From the NCBI GenBank assembly GCA_043228905.1, contig JBHGNT010000008.1, positions 10,478,001-10,542,000 of the forward strand: a DNA stretch of 64,000 nt. The letters are read 5' to 3'. The notes below the pieces were generated by a model. It worked only from the letters and a program-made list of their open reading frames with translations. It did no database searches and was not told the DNA's origin. Below, one piece after another: positions 1 to 13,519 of the stretch. Within the stretch, counting starts at the first letter, position 1; each line of letters starts with the position of its first letter. The DNA is from Azolla caroliniana. Lineage: Eukaryota > Plantae > Polypodiophyta. A program made the position numbers and the translations under genes.

Positions 1-815
1 GTATTGAAGTGGAGGCGGAGATCACGCTTTCGTGCTTTGTGCTCTGAGTGCTTTGTGTGCTCTGTGTGCTCTCTACGTTCTGTGTGCTCTGTACGCTCTG
101 TACGCTCTGGTGAGTGAAATATGACGAGGTCTTCCTATTTATAGGGATTGAACACATTGGTTAAAGTAACCATAGTCACCTTAACCAAGGTTGGTAACAT
201 TGAGGATAGTTAGTTGGTAACCATAGTCACATTAACTAGAGTAACTTATGATTGTATTAATGATTACAAAGTCAAACTAACATATTGATCAATCTTTTAT
301 AGTCATAACAACCTACAATGACTTCAAAGGTTATGAAGGAGACAATGATAGAGGTTCATGAATGTACCAATGATTGATTACTAAAAGCAACAATTTTTAT
401 GACTCTCAAATGTTATGTATTAAAGATGTGGGCATGAATTAACCAATGATTGATAAGTCTAATATTTAAAATGGTGAGCATTAAAGAACCAATGCGTGAG
501 ACGTTCTATATCAAAATGGGCGCCATTAATTAGCCAATGATTTTAACATTAATCCAACATATTCATGGCTTGTTAATGATTAGTTTTATATTTTACTTGA
601 TTTAACATCATTTAGATCTAGTTTATATAATGATTGATAATTTAAGTACAATTACTTTATTAAAAATAATTTTTAGATGTATTGTATTAATAGAATATTA
701 CATAATATAGACATTCTATTGATTTGGCTTTTGTTTAGAGAGAAGTTTATGTTTAGGGAGGAGTATATGTTTAGAGAGGAGTATAACTTAGAGAGCCCTA
801 TCTAGATCTTAAGCC

Positions 816-3461
816 ATGAGTGAAGATTCACCATTCTCGATTGAAGAATATTGTTTGTCATCAGATCCATCGTTTTCTACTGAAGAGTATTGTTTGTCAA
901 CAGAGTCACCATATTCGATTGAAGAATATTGTCTGTCGACCGACTCACCATATTCTATCGAAGAATATTGTCTGAGCTCATCTACAGGGAATGTAAATAA
1001 TGACACATGTGAAGAGTTCTCTATTGAAGAATATGATATTAATAAAGATACCGAGAATGAAGGAAGTGCCCAGGAAACATTGAATAACATTGGCGATGGT
1101 CACAATAGAGAATTAGACTCTAACAAGGTTACACCAACCTCTATGCAGGAAGAGAAATCTGGGAGCCCTATGCATATTAGAAGAATCCCACGAAGAATTC
1201 GTCTGGCTAGATTTAGCTTGGTGACATCAGATAAACAGATTGGATTTGATGTCAACAAAATATGTTGTGCCCGTGGTTGTATGTCTATGATTGGAAAATC
1301 AAAGTTGCGAGAATTAAGGCGATACTATTTTTCGATGACCGGTGATGAGCAAGACACTTACCTCGGATCACATATGCAACTAGTATCTGACAAATGTACA
1401 GGGATCAAAGTATCATTCGAGTATTATATCTTCCATGCGCAACAGATATGTAGAGTTGCATTCAAAATTGCGTTATGTGTTAGTAACATGCGGCTACATA
1501 GAGTACAACAACGTCTACTTAGCGGGGATCAGATGCTCAATTGTAAAGAGGTTCCAAGTATGAAAGAGGTTCCAAGTATGAAAGGTGCAATTGGAAGACT
1601 AGTTATTGGCTGGATGAAAACTTACTTTCAGTTAAATTGTGAAGTAATGCCCACTACAGGTAGGATGCATCTTTCTGATAATTATACCCGTCGGGAAGTT
1701 TATGATGTCTATCGATCTGAAATGCTGGGCTCACGTAATAAGTCTATCACCTATAGCCAATTCACAAGATTATGGAGAGCTCGGTTTTCAAATGTTATTA
1801 TTCCTCGTAAAGTACGTATGGGGTATTGCTCTATTTGTGCAAATCTTAAAAGTTTGGCTAAAGGTGCAAAGACATCAATGGAAAAGGATACGAGTAAGAA
1901 GTTACTACAAGAGCATCGTGAGGCACAATCCTTAGAACGAAGGAAGGCGATGCATCATAGAGAGAAGTGTTTGAAGAGGCCTGAACAATACATGTGCTTA
2001 ATGATAGATGGCATGGACCAGAAGAAGACATGCTTGCCGCATATGCGGAGGCTCCCCAAAGATGTCAATGATGAGTGCCTTGTTCAAATGCACTTGGACA
2101 ATACTGTTAGAGAGAACAAAAATTCAACTGTATTTGGCTATCTAAGTATGTTGGTCAACCTAGAATTGTTTAGGAAAGTGAAAGTCAATTTCCTTTTGGT
2201 TGGCCACACACATGACCATATAGATCAGATGTTTAGCACATTCTCCAGACAGTTGTCTCGGCATGATGCTTTCACTTTACCTAAACTATTTGATGTCATT
2301 TGTGATGCATATACACCACGCCCAAAAGTGTTACACTTGAAGGAGGTATATGACTTTAAGAGATATATATTAGATGGGGGTGGTGGGAATGTTAAAGTGC
2401 TTGCTCAGTTAAACAATATAAGTTTCAATCACATTTTTTTGATAAAGAAAAATGGAATAAGTGGTTCTACACTTTTGTATGCTAAACAATATTCATCTTC
2501 TACAACATGGGAACCTGAAGGTGGTTGCCAGTTATTACTTTGTATGCCGAGTACAATTGTCCATGGAGCTAAGCAAATGCCAATTGAGAAGAAAGGACAG
2601 TTGCAGAGCGACTTGGTATCAGAACAAAAACGGTCATGGCTCCAAGCCTTAGAAGAAAAAAGAAAGCATATTGAGGCCGCCAAGAAATATGCCGCACAAC
2701 AAGACACGTCATGGTGGGATGTATTTTATAGTGATCAGAAAGAAATTATAGACAATTGTGTATCTGTTGATAATTGGAATTTGGAAACGCCATTCACATG
2801 GTCGCTGCAACATGATCACGTAAATAGAAGTCCGGAGCGACTAGTAAATGCGATTAATGACAGCTTGGTCCATCCACAACAAAGAGACATTTATGTGGGA
2901 CCAAGGATGACCAAAGCAGCCGAAGCTAGATGGCAAGGAAATTTGCAAGAGCTCACCGCGGGGATGTTGATTGCAACGCCGGCTGATGAGAACTCACATG
3001 GCCACCAATTTTGGGTTGGTAAAATTCTAGAAGTGCTAATGCATGAAATAGAAAACACGATCAAGTCTATAAATGTTCATTGGTACAACACTAGAAGTGC
3101 AAATGCTTTTACAAGTAAGTATACATTGGAGATGATTGAATGCCAAACAAGAAGGGGAGGTAGGAAGAGGAAGCGAAACATTCGTAACACCTCGACCCTT
3201 GATATCTCTGATGTGGATATCATCGTGTACGACTTCACACTTACAAAAGCCAGATGATTAAGGAAGTCAACAATAGATATAATAAAAGAAAAATTACCAG
3301 GTCTACAAGGTGGCTCGAGTCAAAGGCAAACGAGATCTGCTACATATAATCTAGAGTCAAACCATTTGGTTTATGACGAAGATAATGCACTGATTGGTAC
3401 ATCCGAGGATGATGAGGAGGAATCGTCATTGTATATTAGTTATAGTAGTGATTGTCCGTAA
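816..3461 (+). pseudogene. Sola-like (DUF7869-type) DDD transposase with probable internal deletion and premature stop
   Basis: Motifs CCARGC, CSIC...H, IDGMDQKKT.LPH, LDN..RENKN and FLLVGHTHDHIDQMFS. TGA at 3255-3257 is followed by an open in-frame acidic tail to TAA at 3459-3461 (likely CGA>TGA). Confidence 0.7.
828..983 (+). repeat. 39-bp coding tandem repeat (4 copies, SPYSIEEYCLSTD)
   Basis: Units start at about 828, 867, 906 and 945; a partial fifth copy (FSIEEY) lies near 1017. Confidence 0.9.
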
Positions 3462-3865
3462 AGGAGTGATCATGAATGTATATTTGGCTATTAAGTGTAA
3501 CTACATTCCGCTTGTAACAAATCGAGTAATATAAAATCATGTGTTTTGAATTCTTATGATTTCTAAAAAATCGTTTCTTATAAAATAACATTGGTTATAA
3601 AGTTTGTGATATAAATTGAGAATGTATGTTTTTGAAATTCGTCTTTTTTTAGTTACTTCTAAATCACAAAAATAGTGGATTTTTAACCTTTTTCATAGTA
3701 TGTTTGAACTTGTATGATACTGGTATCAATGTGTTTTGTAAAATCATTGAAAAACCCCTAAAATTTCCCTTATCCTTCCATTTATGCGCGATCCTTCCAC
3801 TTGTGAACGCGAACGTGTTTTAAGCAAGGGCAAATTTTTCCATGATTGTGATATCTTCTTAGAAA

Positions 3866-6800
3866 GTGTATGCAAAAGAATTTAAGGCTTGCTTCGGAGA
3901 TACAGATGGGGCAAGAACAACAATCAACAAGATTCATACACTACTACGTCAATGTGATCAGCCATCATCGACATATGCAACCAATTTCCATCTCATCGCA
4001 AACGATATTCCTTGGGATGAACAAGCCCTAATGGAGCAATTTCGTTCCGGTCTTCGTAGTGATGTGAAGGACTTACTTCTTACCTTCCCCGAGGATCCAA
4101 AATCACTTACAGAAGCTATTAGTTGAGCAATACAGTGTGATAATCGTCTTTTTGAGAGTCGATGTGAGCAACAACAACAAATAACAAGATCAAGATTCAC
4201 GCCAACTTATGCATCAGTAACGGAGCAAACATATAGCCCTACTCCTACTCCAAGGCAAACACGTAGTCTAGCCCCAATGGATATGCCTACACCCATGGAG
4301 ATCGATCTGACCCAACAATGAGGACCATTGTCGGACGAAGAGAAGCAACGACCCTGAGCAAACCATCTATGCTTATATTGTGGAGGTCTAGGACATATAG
4401 CCATTCATTGCTCTCGTAGGCCGAGACGTAAAGTAAATCAAATTCACTATGACAATAAAAATGAGTCCAGCATTTTAGAAGCATTTAATGATTCTAATAT
4501 TATGAATAATCCACCCTTGTCCAATAAGTTTGAAGTCCTAAGCCAATTAGAAGAGGAGTCAAATGAATAAGTTAGACCAAAATAGGAGCCATTTGGTTGG
4601 ACAACCCTAACTAGATCTGTACAACCTAGTGTAGGTTCCATTTCATCCAAGCATGTTAGTAGAGTCTTCTCAACCCAAGTACAAGTTAGGACACCGAGTT
4701 GTCAAATTCAGGTCCAAGCCCTCTTAGATACGAGAGCCAATTCTTGTTTCATGGATAGAGATTTTGCCCAAAAACATCAAATATCCTTGCATACCCTTAC
4801 TTGCCTAGTTTCCGTAGTAGTGATCGATGGACGTCCCATAGCTTCCAGGAAGATATTCGAAGAGTTTGAGCCAATACACATACTCTTAGGTTATTTAGGA
4901 TGTGTAGTTTCCTTTAACATAATTTGTAGCCCCGACCATCCAATTGTCCTTGGTTTGCCATGGTTCGAGCTACATAACCCAAGAATCGATTGGAGGAGGC
5001 GCGAAATTTGGTGCCCTTCAGCAGAAAACCTCATTGCTAAGGATCAAACCCAAGAAGATTCCCATGAAGAATATAGTTCTACCGGTGCACCATCTCCCTT
5101 TCATCAAATCTCAACCATTACATTGCAACAATTGTCCCAAGTGGGAGGAAAGGAGGAACTCTTCTTATTTACAGTATCAGTGACACCTTCTAGTGCCACT
5201 CAAGGGAATTCAATCCAAATTCCCGAAAAATATCAAGAATATGCTGATGTTTTCAACAACGTCAAAGCTAGTGTACTTCCAAAGCATCGATTGTCTGACT
5301 GTCCCATTGACCTCGAACCAGGAAAAGAGCCATTGTGGGGTCTGATCTACAATCTATCACCAACTGAGCGTGAGATTCTTCAAGAATACATCGACATTCA
5401 AAGTCTCCAGCCGGTGCTCCTATATTTTTTGTCAAGAAAAAGGGCGGTTCGTTGCGTTTGGTCGTGGACTATCGGGGATTAAATAAAGTCACCCTAAGAA
5501 ATAGGTATGCTCTACCTTTAATCTCCAATCTTTTAGAGCACATTGGTGGGGCAAAGAAATTTACATTGGTGGGTGCATATAATCTTGCTTGCATTCGACC
5601 AAGAGATAAGTGGAAAACTACATTTCGCACTCGGTATGGTCATTTCGAGTATACAGTCATGCCTTTCGGGCCCACAAATGCACCCATAGTTTTCCAACAT
5701 ATGACAAATGACATTTTTTGGGATTTTCTGGATATCTTTCTCATCATCTATTTAGATGATCTGTTGATTTACTCTAAAACACAGGAGGAGCATGATATAC
5801 ATGTTCGGAAAGTACTTGAACGCTTAAGAAAGTATGGTTTGTATGCCAAACTTGAGAAGTGCAATTTTGACAGCGAACAAGTTGAATTCTTTGGTTATAC
5901 TATTTCATCCAAGGGTATCTTCATGGATCCGACAAAAGTCAAAACAATATTGAAATGGCAACCCCCACGTTCTGTTCGAGACGTCCAATGTTTCCTCGGA
6001 TTTGCTAACTTCTATCGCAAATTCATATGGAATTATTCAAAGATCGTGTTGCCTCTCACCCAAGTCACCAAGAAAAACAAGCGTTTGTTTGGACTATTGA
6101 AGCGGACACAACCTTTACTTAGCTCAAAGACGCATTCTCATCAGCTCCTGTCTTAACACATATTGATCCCGGAAAGCCATTTACCATTGAGGCAGATGCA
6201 TCAGATTTTGCATTGGGGAGTATCCTATCACAACCAAGCAAGGACGGGCACTCCCATCCAGTCGCGTTTCACTCGAGAAAATTTACTGTTGCGGAGATAA
6301 AGTACGAGGTGCATGACAAGGAGTTACTAGCTAGGTCAACTCTTTCGAGCAATGTCGACATTTCTTGGAAGGATCGCCTCATCAAATCATCATTTATAGT
6401 GATCACAAAAATCTTACGTATTTTCAAACGGCTCGAGTGTTAAATAGGAGACAAGCTTGGTGGGCACAATTTCTAACTCGTTTTGATTTCAAGATCGTTT
6501 TTTGCCTCGGGAAACAACAAGGGAAGGCAGATGCTCTATCTCAACGTTCATATCTTGCACCTCGACCTAGAGATTTGGCCATGTGAGAAGCTTGATTATC
6601 AGCGCTTAGGTCCTTTTCTCATCATTGCGGGGATTAATGATGCAACTTTTCGTCTTAATCTTCTAGCACACATGCAACTTCACCCAGTCTTTCATAGCTC
6701 TCTTTTGGAACCTTGTCGCACCTCATCCATTCCTAATCGTGTCATGCCACCTCCACCCTCTGTCCAACTTGCCGATGGCCCCGAATACGAGGTAGCTACT

Positions 6801-7455
6801 ATTCTTGATTCTATGATTGTGCGGAATAAGCTCTATTATCTAGTTGATTGGGTAGGCTATCCTCCGAGTGATCGCACTTGGGAACCTGTCAATAATGTTT
6901 CTAATCCTCAAGCTCATGTCGATGACTTCCATCGCCGCTACCAAACATGTCGGGCCCTGCATTGTTAACTCCGCCTTCCACTCATCATTCTCAAAGTGGA
7001 GATAGTGTCATGAATACATAAACATGTCATGGCTTCACCTAAGCTTGAACCCAAGAGCTTGTAATACATAATCAAGAACCTAACCATTAATATAGTCTAT
7101 GATCATATGAGATGATAAAAGCTACTTCTTGTAATACACTGATTATTGTAAATACTCTAGAACATTCTAAAACATTCTAGAATATCCTAGAACATCTTAG
7201 AATATTCTAGGTCTAGAACATTCTAGAATATTATAGAAATCTCTAGGCTATTCTATCGGAACCTATAAACATAGACATACAATTCTTCTCAAACCAATTC
7301 TAATCAACACCAATCTTAAACTCTCATCGCCTATCTTGTATCCGTTCTCATTCTATCTTAATACATTTGTTCTTTTCTTATCACTTCACTCCTTTCTTCT
7401 TGTGATCTCTTTACATCTTTCTTCTGCCACTCTATCTTTTCTCTTGGTTTTGACA
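3866..7455 (+). mobile_element. Degenerate Ty3/Gypsy chromovirus (Tcn1-like), 5'-truncated, integrase core deleted
   Basis: gag (PMEID, CLYCGGLGH), protease (ALLDTRA), RT (YLDDLLIYS), RNase H (EADASDFALG, SDHKNL) and chromodomain EYEVATILD..YYLVDWVGYPPSDRTWEP. PPT at about 6993-7005. Confidence 0.9.
7006..7455 (+). repeat. 3' LTR of the chromovirus
   Basis: TGTCA...TGACA termini directly after the PPT; internal TTCTAGAA repeats; TATAAA near 7264. Confidence 0.8.
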
Positions 7456-7578
7456 ATACCCACTTGTTCCCAAGTGCCTTCTTCCTTTTTGGCAACTCAG
7501 TCAATTCGTATGTGTGGTTCTCATGCAAGGAATCCATCTCCTCTTGCATTACAATTAACCACTTTCGGTTGTGGGTAC
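7456..7578 (-). pseudogene. Copia RT N-terminal fragment
   Basis: KWLIVMQEEMDSLHENHTYELTELPKRKKALGNKWV on the minus strand. Confidence 0.85.
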
Positions 7579-8760
7579 CTATAAAACTTAATATGCGGAA
7601 GCTTAGATAAACCAGCTCAACATGATAAAAACAATAAAACAGAAATGAAGGTTTAATGGAAGCTTGAGAATACACAGTACACGGGAGAGACACTGAGAGA
7701 GAGAGAGAGAGAGAGAGAGTAAAATAGCATAAAATCAATTCAAAATAACACTCTATACATACAAATGTCCTACAGAACACTTTTTATACAAGTCCTTAAA
7801 AGAACTAACAAAAGTACTTACAAGTACTTGAATGCTCAAACCATCCGAGGCAGACTTGCACCGTTTCGTCCTCCTCGACATTTACATCAACAGAAGCGAG
7901 AGAGTCAAAGATGTCCTTGATCATGGAGGTGTAATCAGCCACCGACATGTCTCGTTGTCGAACATTGCTCAACTCTTGCCTGAGATGGAGCTTTCTGGCT
8001 ATGGTGCTCGCGGCGAAAATCTTTTTCAGATTTCCCCAACCATCCTTCGGCGTCCTCACATCCCGAATGTATCTTAGAAGCTAATCGCTCACACAGGATG
8101 CGAAGCGGTAGAGATCTCTACTTGTCGCCTATTCCCAGGCCGGGAAATCTCTTTGTCTCGATTCGGGTGCTATGTCATTAGCTCCATCGACATAACTCCA
8201 GTAGTCATGCTTGAGGAGGTACTAGATCTTGTATGACCAAGATGCATAGTTGCTTCTGTCGAGCATCTCTATCGGAAGCGACCTAGCCATTCCTCTGTCC
8301 ATTCTTTCCTTCTTCTATTCTTCACCGTGATTAGGGTTTGTCTGTTTGTCGGCGGTAGAGGATCTCAACCCTTATGCTCTGATACCATGTAAAAGAATAT
8401 GTGCAGAAGCTTAATAAACACAACCGGGTAACAACAAACAAAAGACAAGAGACAAGGAAGGTTTAATGGAAAGCTTAATCAACACAGTGTATGCGGGAGA
8501 GACAAAGAGAGCAGAACATAGAAAACTCTATTCCAAAACAATACTCTAAAACTCTGTACATAGGATGTGCTCAGAGAGCACTTTTATACAAGTCCATACA
8601 GACTGTTGGAAGTATTGACTCGTACTTCAATGCTCATCAATGAGCCCCTATACTAACTCCCAAAATATATTCCTCCACGGAATATCTATCCAATGACCTC
8701 CCGGTTTATGCACCGTTATGGCCTCTCATTGTGCACTCAGTTTACGCACCCAGTCTACGC
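7579..8760 (-). mobile_element. Copia remnant(s): LTR-like segment, gag fragment, PBS and 5' LTR
   Basis: gag fragment (RKLHLRQELSNVRQRDMSVADY); PBS TGGTATCAGAGC (tRNA-iMet) at 8376-8387; LTR from 8388; related LTR-like sequence at 7579-7810. Outer boundary approximate. Confidence 0.7.
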
Positions 8761-8845
8761 ACCCAATGTTGAGCTTTTATCTCAACAATTTGGCTACAGA
8801 GTGTGGGACCTGGTCGACAAGAAGGTGTTTCAAAGTCGAGACATA

Positions 8846-9121
8846 TGACAGGAACTGTACGCTCCCTATGCGCAACGCTCGACCACAACCGAGCTTAGAA
8901 TCATACACAGAAAAACGGGAAATGAAAAGCACGACACAATGGAGAGAGGAGTACACAGGATGTTAGCGTGGAAAAAACCCAAACTTGGGAAAAAACCACG
9001 GCAGCCCACAGACTGCAAACTATCACTATATCAGAATGTACAATAGTGAGCTCACGGAGGCAACGACCTCGTGCTCACGATCTTCGCCACAGGCGGCGGT
9101 TACAACAGAGGCAGCGACCTC

Positions 9122-9161
<40 letters not shown>

Positions 9162-9425
9162 CACAGTTACACGCTCTCAAGTCTCTTTCAACAAGAATGA
9201 CAACAACTATGTATATTCTATTTGCCCTAAGTCATATTTATACTAATATGACTTTTCGACTATTTACAAATATAGCCCCGATGGACTCTCAGAAACATAT
9301 TTACAAATATGTCCCTTCATCCAATGAGCACTCCTCACCGGACCTGCATCATCCAGCGCTTGTCGGGTACTCGTCATCTGGTTCTCATCGGGTCTTCACC
9401 ATCCGGAGGGACCTGTTTCCTAACA
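8846..9425 (-). repeat. 3' LTR (580 bp)
   Basis: TGACA...TAACA termini; matches 13520-14209. Confidence 0.92.
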
Positions 9426-9435
9426 AACTCCCCCT

Positions 9436-12400
9436 TCACTCCGGCATGGGATGTCTTAGTACTAGTCCGATCCGCTTCCGCCATGCATCCAGCTTGTCGG
9501 GTATCAGTACTTTGGTCAGCATATCTGACCCGTTCTCGGCCGTGTGGACCTTCGTCAGCGCGAACTCCTAGTCATCTACTCTTTCCCGGATCCAGTGATA
9601 CCTTCGCTGGATATGCTTCGTCCGGGAATGGTAGGCCGCATTCTTAGCAAGGTGGATGGCACTTTGACTATCACAATAGAGCCGGTATTCATCTTGTCGG
9701 ATACCGAGCTCTCCGATGAAGTCCTTCATCCATAATATTTCCTTGCCGGCTTCCACAACCGCCATGTACTCCGCCTCCGTGGTTGACAACGCAACCGTCT
9801 TCTGCAGCCTCGACTGCCACGAAACAGCTCCCCCTACATATGTCATTACATACCCGGATGTAGACCGGCTGGTATCCACATCAGCCGACATGTCCGAGTC
9901 AGTAAACCCGTCAAGTTGAGGTTTACCGGAGCCGAATCGGAGACACATATTCGAAGTGCCCTTCAAGTACCGGAGTATCCATTTGACCGCGTTCTAGTGC
10001 TCCTTGCCGGGATTGCTCATAAACTGGCTCACCACTTCGACTGCGTATCCTATATCCAGTTAGGTACAAACCATTGCGTACATTAAGCTCCCGATGGCAG
10101 AGGCATATGGAACCTTCATCATATCAGCCTTCTCTGCTTTCGTCTTCGGGCTTTGCTTACTGGATAATCTGCAGTTTGTCGGGAGTGTCGATCCAACCGG
10201 TTTTTGCATCTGACATGTTGAACCGGTGAAGCACCTTTGTCACATACTTCTCCAGTGACAGCCACAATTGCTTCACTGACCGGTTCCTGATAATATGCAC
10301 CCCCAACATCTGTCTTGCCGGACCCAAGTCTTTCATTGAGAAGGTCCGGTTGAGAGCCTTCTTCAGCATCCGTATTTTGGCTTGGTCCCGTCCCACGATC
10401 AACATGTCGTCCACGTATAGAAGGAGTATCAGGAAGTCGCCTCCTTCGAACTTCTTCACAAACACGCAGTGATCGGCCTGTGTCTTGTGGTACCCTTGAT
10501 CGGTCATGAAGGAGTCGAACTTCCGGTACCATTGTCGGGGAGCCTGCTTCAGTCCGTATAGGCTCTTCTTCAACCGGCATACCAGGTGCTCCTTCCCTTT
10601 CTCCACGAATCCTTCCGGTTGCTGCATGTAGATCTCCTCTTCGAGGTCGCCGTGAAGGAATGTCGTCTTCACGTCTAGCTGCTCTACCTCGAGGTCCATG
10701 CTTGCCGCTATACTCAGCACCGTCCCGATGGAGGTCATCTTTACTACCGGGGAAAATATCTCGTCGAAGTCCACGCCCTTCTTCTGTTGGAACCCCTTCA
10801 CCACGATCCTGGATTTGTATCTCGGGGGGTTGCTGGCGTCTCCCGGTTTCAACTTGTACACCCACTTATTTCGGAGTGCCCGCTTTCCTCTCCGCAACTC
10901 CACCAATTCATACGTATGGTTCTCATGCAGGGAATCCATCTCATCCTGCATGGCACTGAACCATTTGCGGCTGTGGGTGTCATCCTTCGCCTCTACGAAG
11001 CTTTCTAGCTCCCCCTCATCGGTTAGCAGCACATGCTCTGCATCCGGAAATCTCCGGGGGGGAAGTTCTCTCTCTGAGAGGATATCTCCGTCTTTGGGCT
11101 TCGGTAATCAGCTCCTCCATTTGCTCTTCATCCGAATCCGATTCGGGATCTTGGTCGATTCCGGTTTCAGCTTCCTCTACTTCTTCTTCTGCCGGTTCGG
11201 TATCCTCACTGTAACCGGCTGGTTCCTCGAGTGCTAACCGGTCTCTTGCCGGTCGGGACTGCTCATCGTAGAATTGATCCTTACCGGTCGACTCGGAGTT
11301 CATTATCTTCTTCTCCGACTCCCAGTCGGCGAGCGTCTTGTCCTCCATAAAGATAATGTCTCGACTTCGGAATACCTTCTTGTCGACCAGGTCCCACACT
11401 CGGTAGCCGAACTCATCATTGTCGTAACTGAGGAATATGCATGGGCTGGTCTTTGGATCTAACTTTCCTCTCCGGTCCTTAGCTACATGCACGTACGCGA
11501 GACACCCGAACACCTTCAGATGCCGGTAGGACACTTCCTTACCGGTCCAGACTCTCTGTGGCGTGTCTCCATCCAAGGGTACTGAGGGTGATCTGTTTAT
11601 CACATATGTTGCCGTCGACAGTGCCTCAGCCCAAAACTTCTTGGGTAGCTTTGCATGCGCCAACATACTCCGAACCCTCTCCATTATGGTACGGTTCATC
11701 CTCTCGGCCAGCCCGTTTAGTTCCGGCGTCTTTGGCACGGTAAATTCGAGCCGGATTCCCTTCGAGCGACAGTACTCCTCGAACTGCCCCCGGTATTCAC
11801 CTCCGTTATCTGCTAGAACCGCCTTCAGCTTCCGGCCAGTTTCTCTTTCCACTCTCGCGTGGAGCTCTTTGAAGACGAATAGCACTTGATCCTTCGTCTT
11901 CAACGGTGTGGCCCACAGCTTCCGGCTATGGTCATCTATGAACGTTACGAAGTACTGTGATCCTGCATGTGACTTCATGTCCACTTGACACACATCAGTA
12001 TGCACTAACTCCAATGGTGTGCATTACGTCTCATCGGTTGCCTTGGTCGGAAAGAGGTCTGGTTTTGCTTACCGGCCAAACAGTCAGTGCACTTCTCCAA
12101 GTGCACGTTCTTCACTGGAATGAGGTTGTCGTCTGCAAGCCTCTTCATCCCCTTCTCGCTCATGTGACACAGCCTTTTGTGACACAACTCACCGGCAGTG
12201 TCGAATGCCACGTTCACTTCCTCCGGACATAACCAGGCATTCATCAGGTACAATGTGTTTACCTTTCGGGCCCGAGCCACAATCAGGTTCCCTTTGCTGA
12301 ACTTCATAACACCGTTCCGGATGCTACCCATGTAGCCTTCATGATCTAGCCGATCGTCTGATATCAGGTTCAGACGAACCTCCGGAACGTGTCGGACATC

Positions 12401-13489
12401 CTTCAGCAGCAGCTTGCATCCGGTTGGCGTTGTCAACCACACGTCTCCTATGCCGACACTTTGGCATGTACCTTCATTCCCCATCCAGACACAGCCATGA
12501 TCACCGGTTGAGTAGGATGAGAAGCATTTCCGGTCCAGGGTAAGGTGGAACGACGCTCCGGAGTCGACCACCCAGGTCATCTTGTCGCCGGCAAGGTTTA
12601 TCTCACTCTCCTCGGTGATGAGCATCAACTCTTCTTCACTTGCCGCAATTGCCGTCGTTCCCTTCCAGTCCGTTCCCCTCCGGTCTTTACCGTTCCGTTC
12701 CGGTGTCCGCTTCGAATCGGTACCGTTGGTTTCCTTGTCTTTACGGAAATGCCGACAATTCTTCTGGAAGTGTCCTGGCTTGCCGCAATAGAAGCAAGTA
12801 GGCCTCCCCCTTGACTTTGACCACGTCCCCGACTTTTCCCGGTTCTGGGGACTACGGTTTCTATGTCTTCCCCATACCGATTTGGTAAGGAGCACTTTGG
12901 AGTTGGAGCTCGTATCCTTATCTTTCCGACGCGCCTCCTCATCTAGCAAGGTTGACTTCACTCTTGCTAGGGATAACCGTTTCCCTTCCGGCCCGGCGTT
13001 GCCCAAAGTGACAACCAACGTCTCCCAGCTATCCGGGAGGGAACCGAGCAGGAGTAGCGCTAGTACCTTATCGGCGAGAGGTACTTCCAATGATGTTGCC
13101 TGGTGGATCAGCCCCTGGAAGGCATTCATGTGCTCCGCCATGCTGGAGCCATCTTGGTACCGGAGTCTTACTAGCATCCGGAATACCAAAACCTGATTAA
13201 CAACAATTTTGTTTTGAAACATAATGCCGATCTTCTCCTAGAGCTCATGAGCCTTGCTCTCTTCATTGAAGTTGATGTATAGGCTCATGTCGATGAAGCA
13301 CCGTATGTACGCCATTGTCTTCATGTGCATCACCTCCCATATCGTGGCGTCGATTTTGTCCGGTCTCTTGTCCCCAAACTGAACCGGCAACCAAAGATCT
13401 TTAACCACGAGCATGTCCCTCATCTTCAACTTCCACACCGAATAGTTGGAGCCGGTGAGCTTGAACATGCCTCCCAACGAATCGTCCAT
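9436..13489 (-). pseudogene. Copia gag-pol (stops and frameshifts)
   Basis: CFYCGKPGHFQKNC knuckle, WVVDSGAS protease, integrase (HTDVC, DNGGEY, NGLAERMNRT), RT YVDD, RNase H TDSDM. Confidence 0.93.
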
Positions 13490-13519
13490 TTTCTGTGTCG
13501 TTTCGCTCTTATACCACTT

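Larger units (their letters stand above)
1..3860 (+). mobile_element. Sola-like DNA transposon (left end outside window, right end approximate)
   Basis: Carries the 816-3461 transposase-like ORF. The AT-rich 3' region ends near 3860, where Gypsy gag sequence (EFKACFGDTD) begins. TIR and TSD cannot be resolved because the other end is outside the window. Confidence 0.6.
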
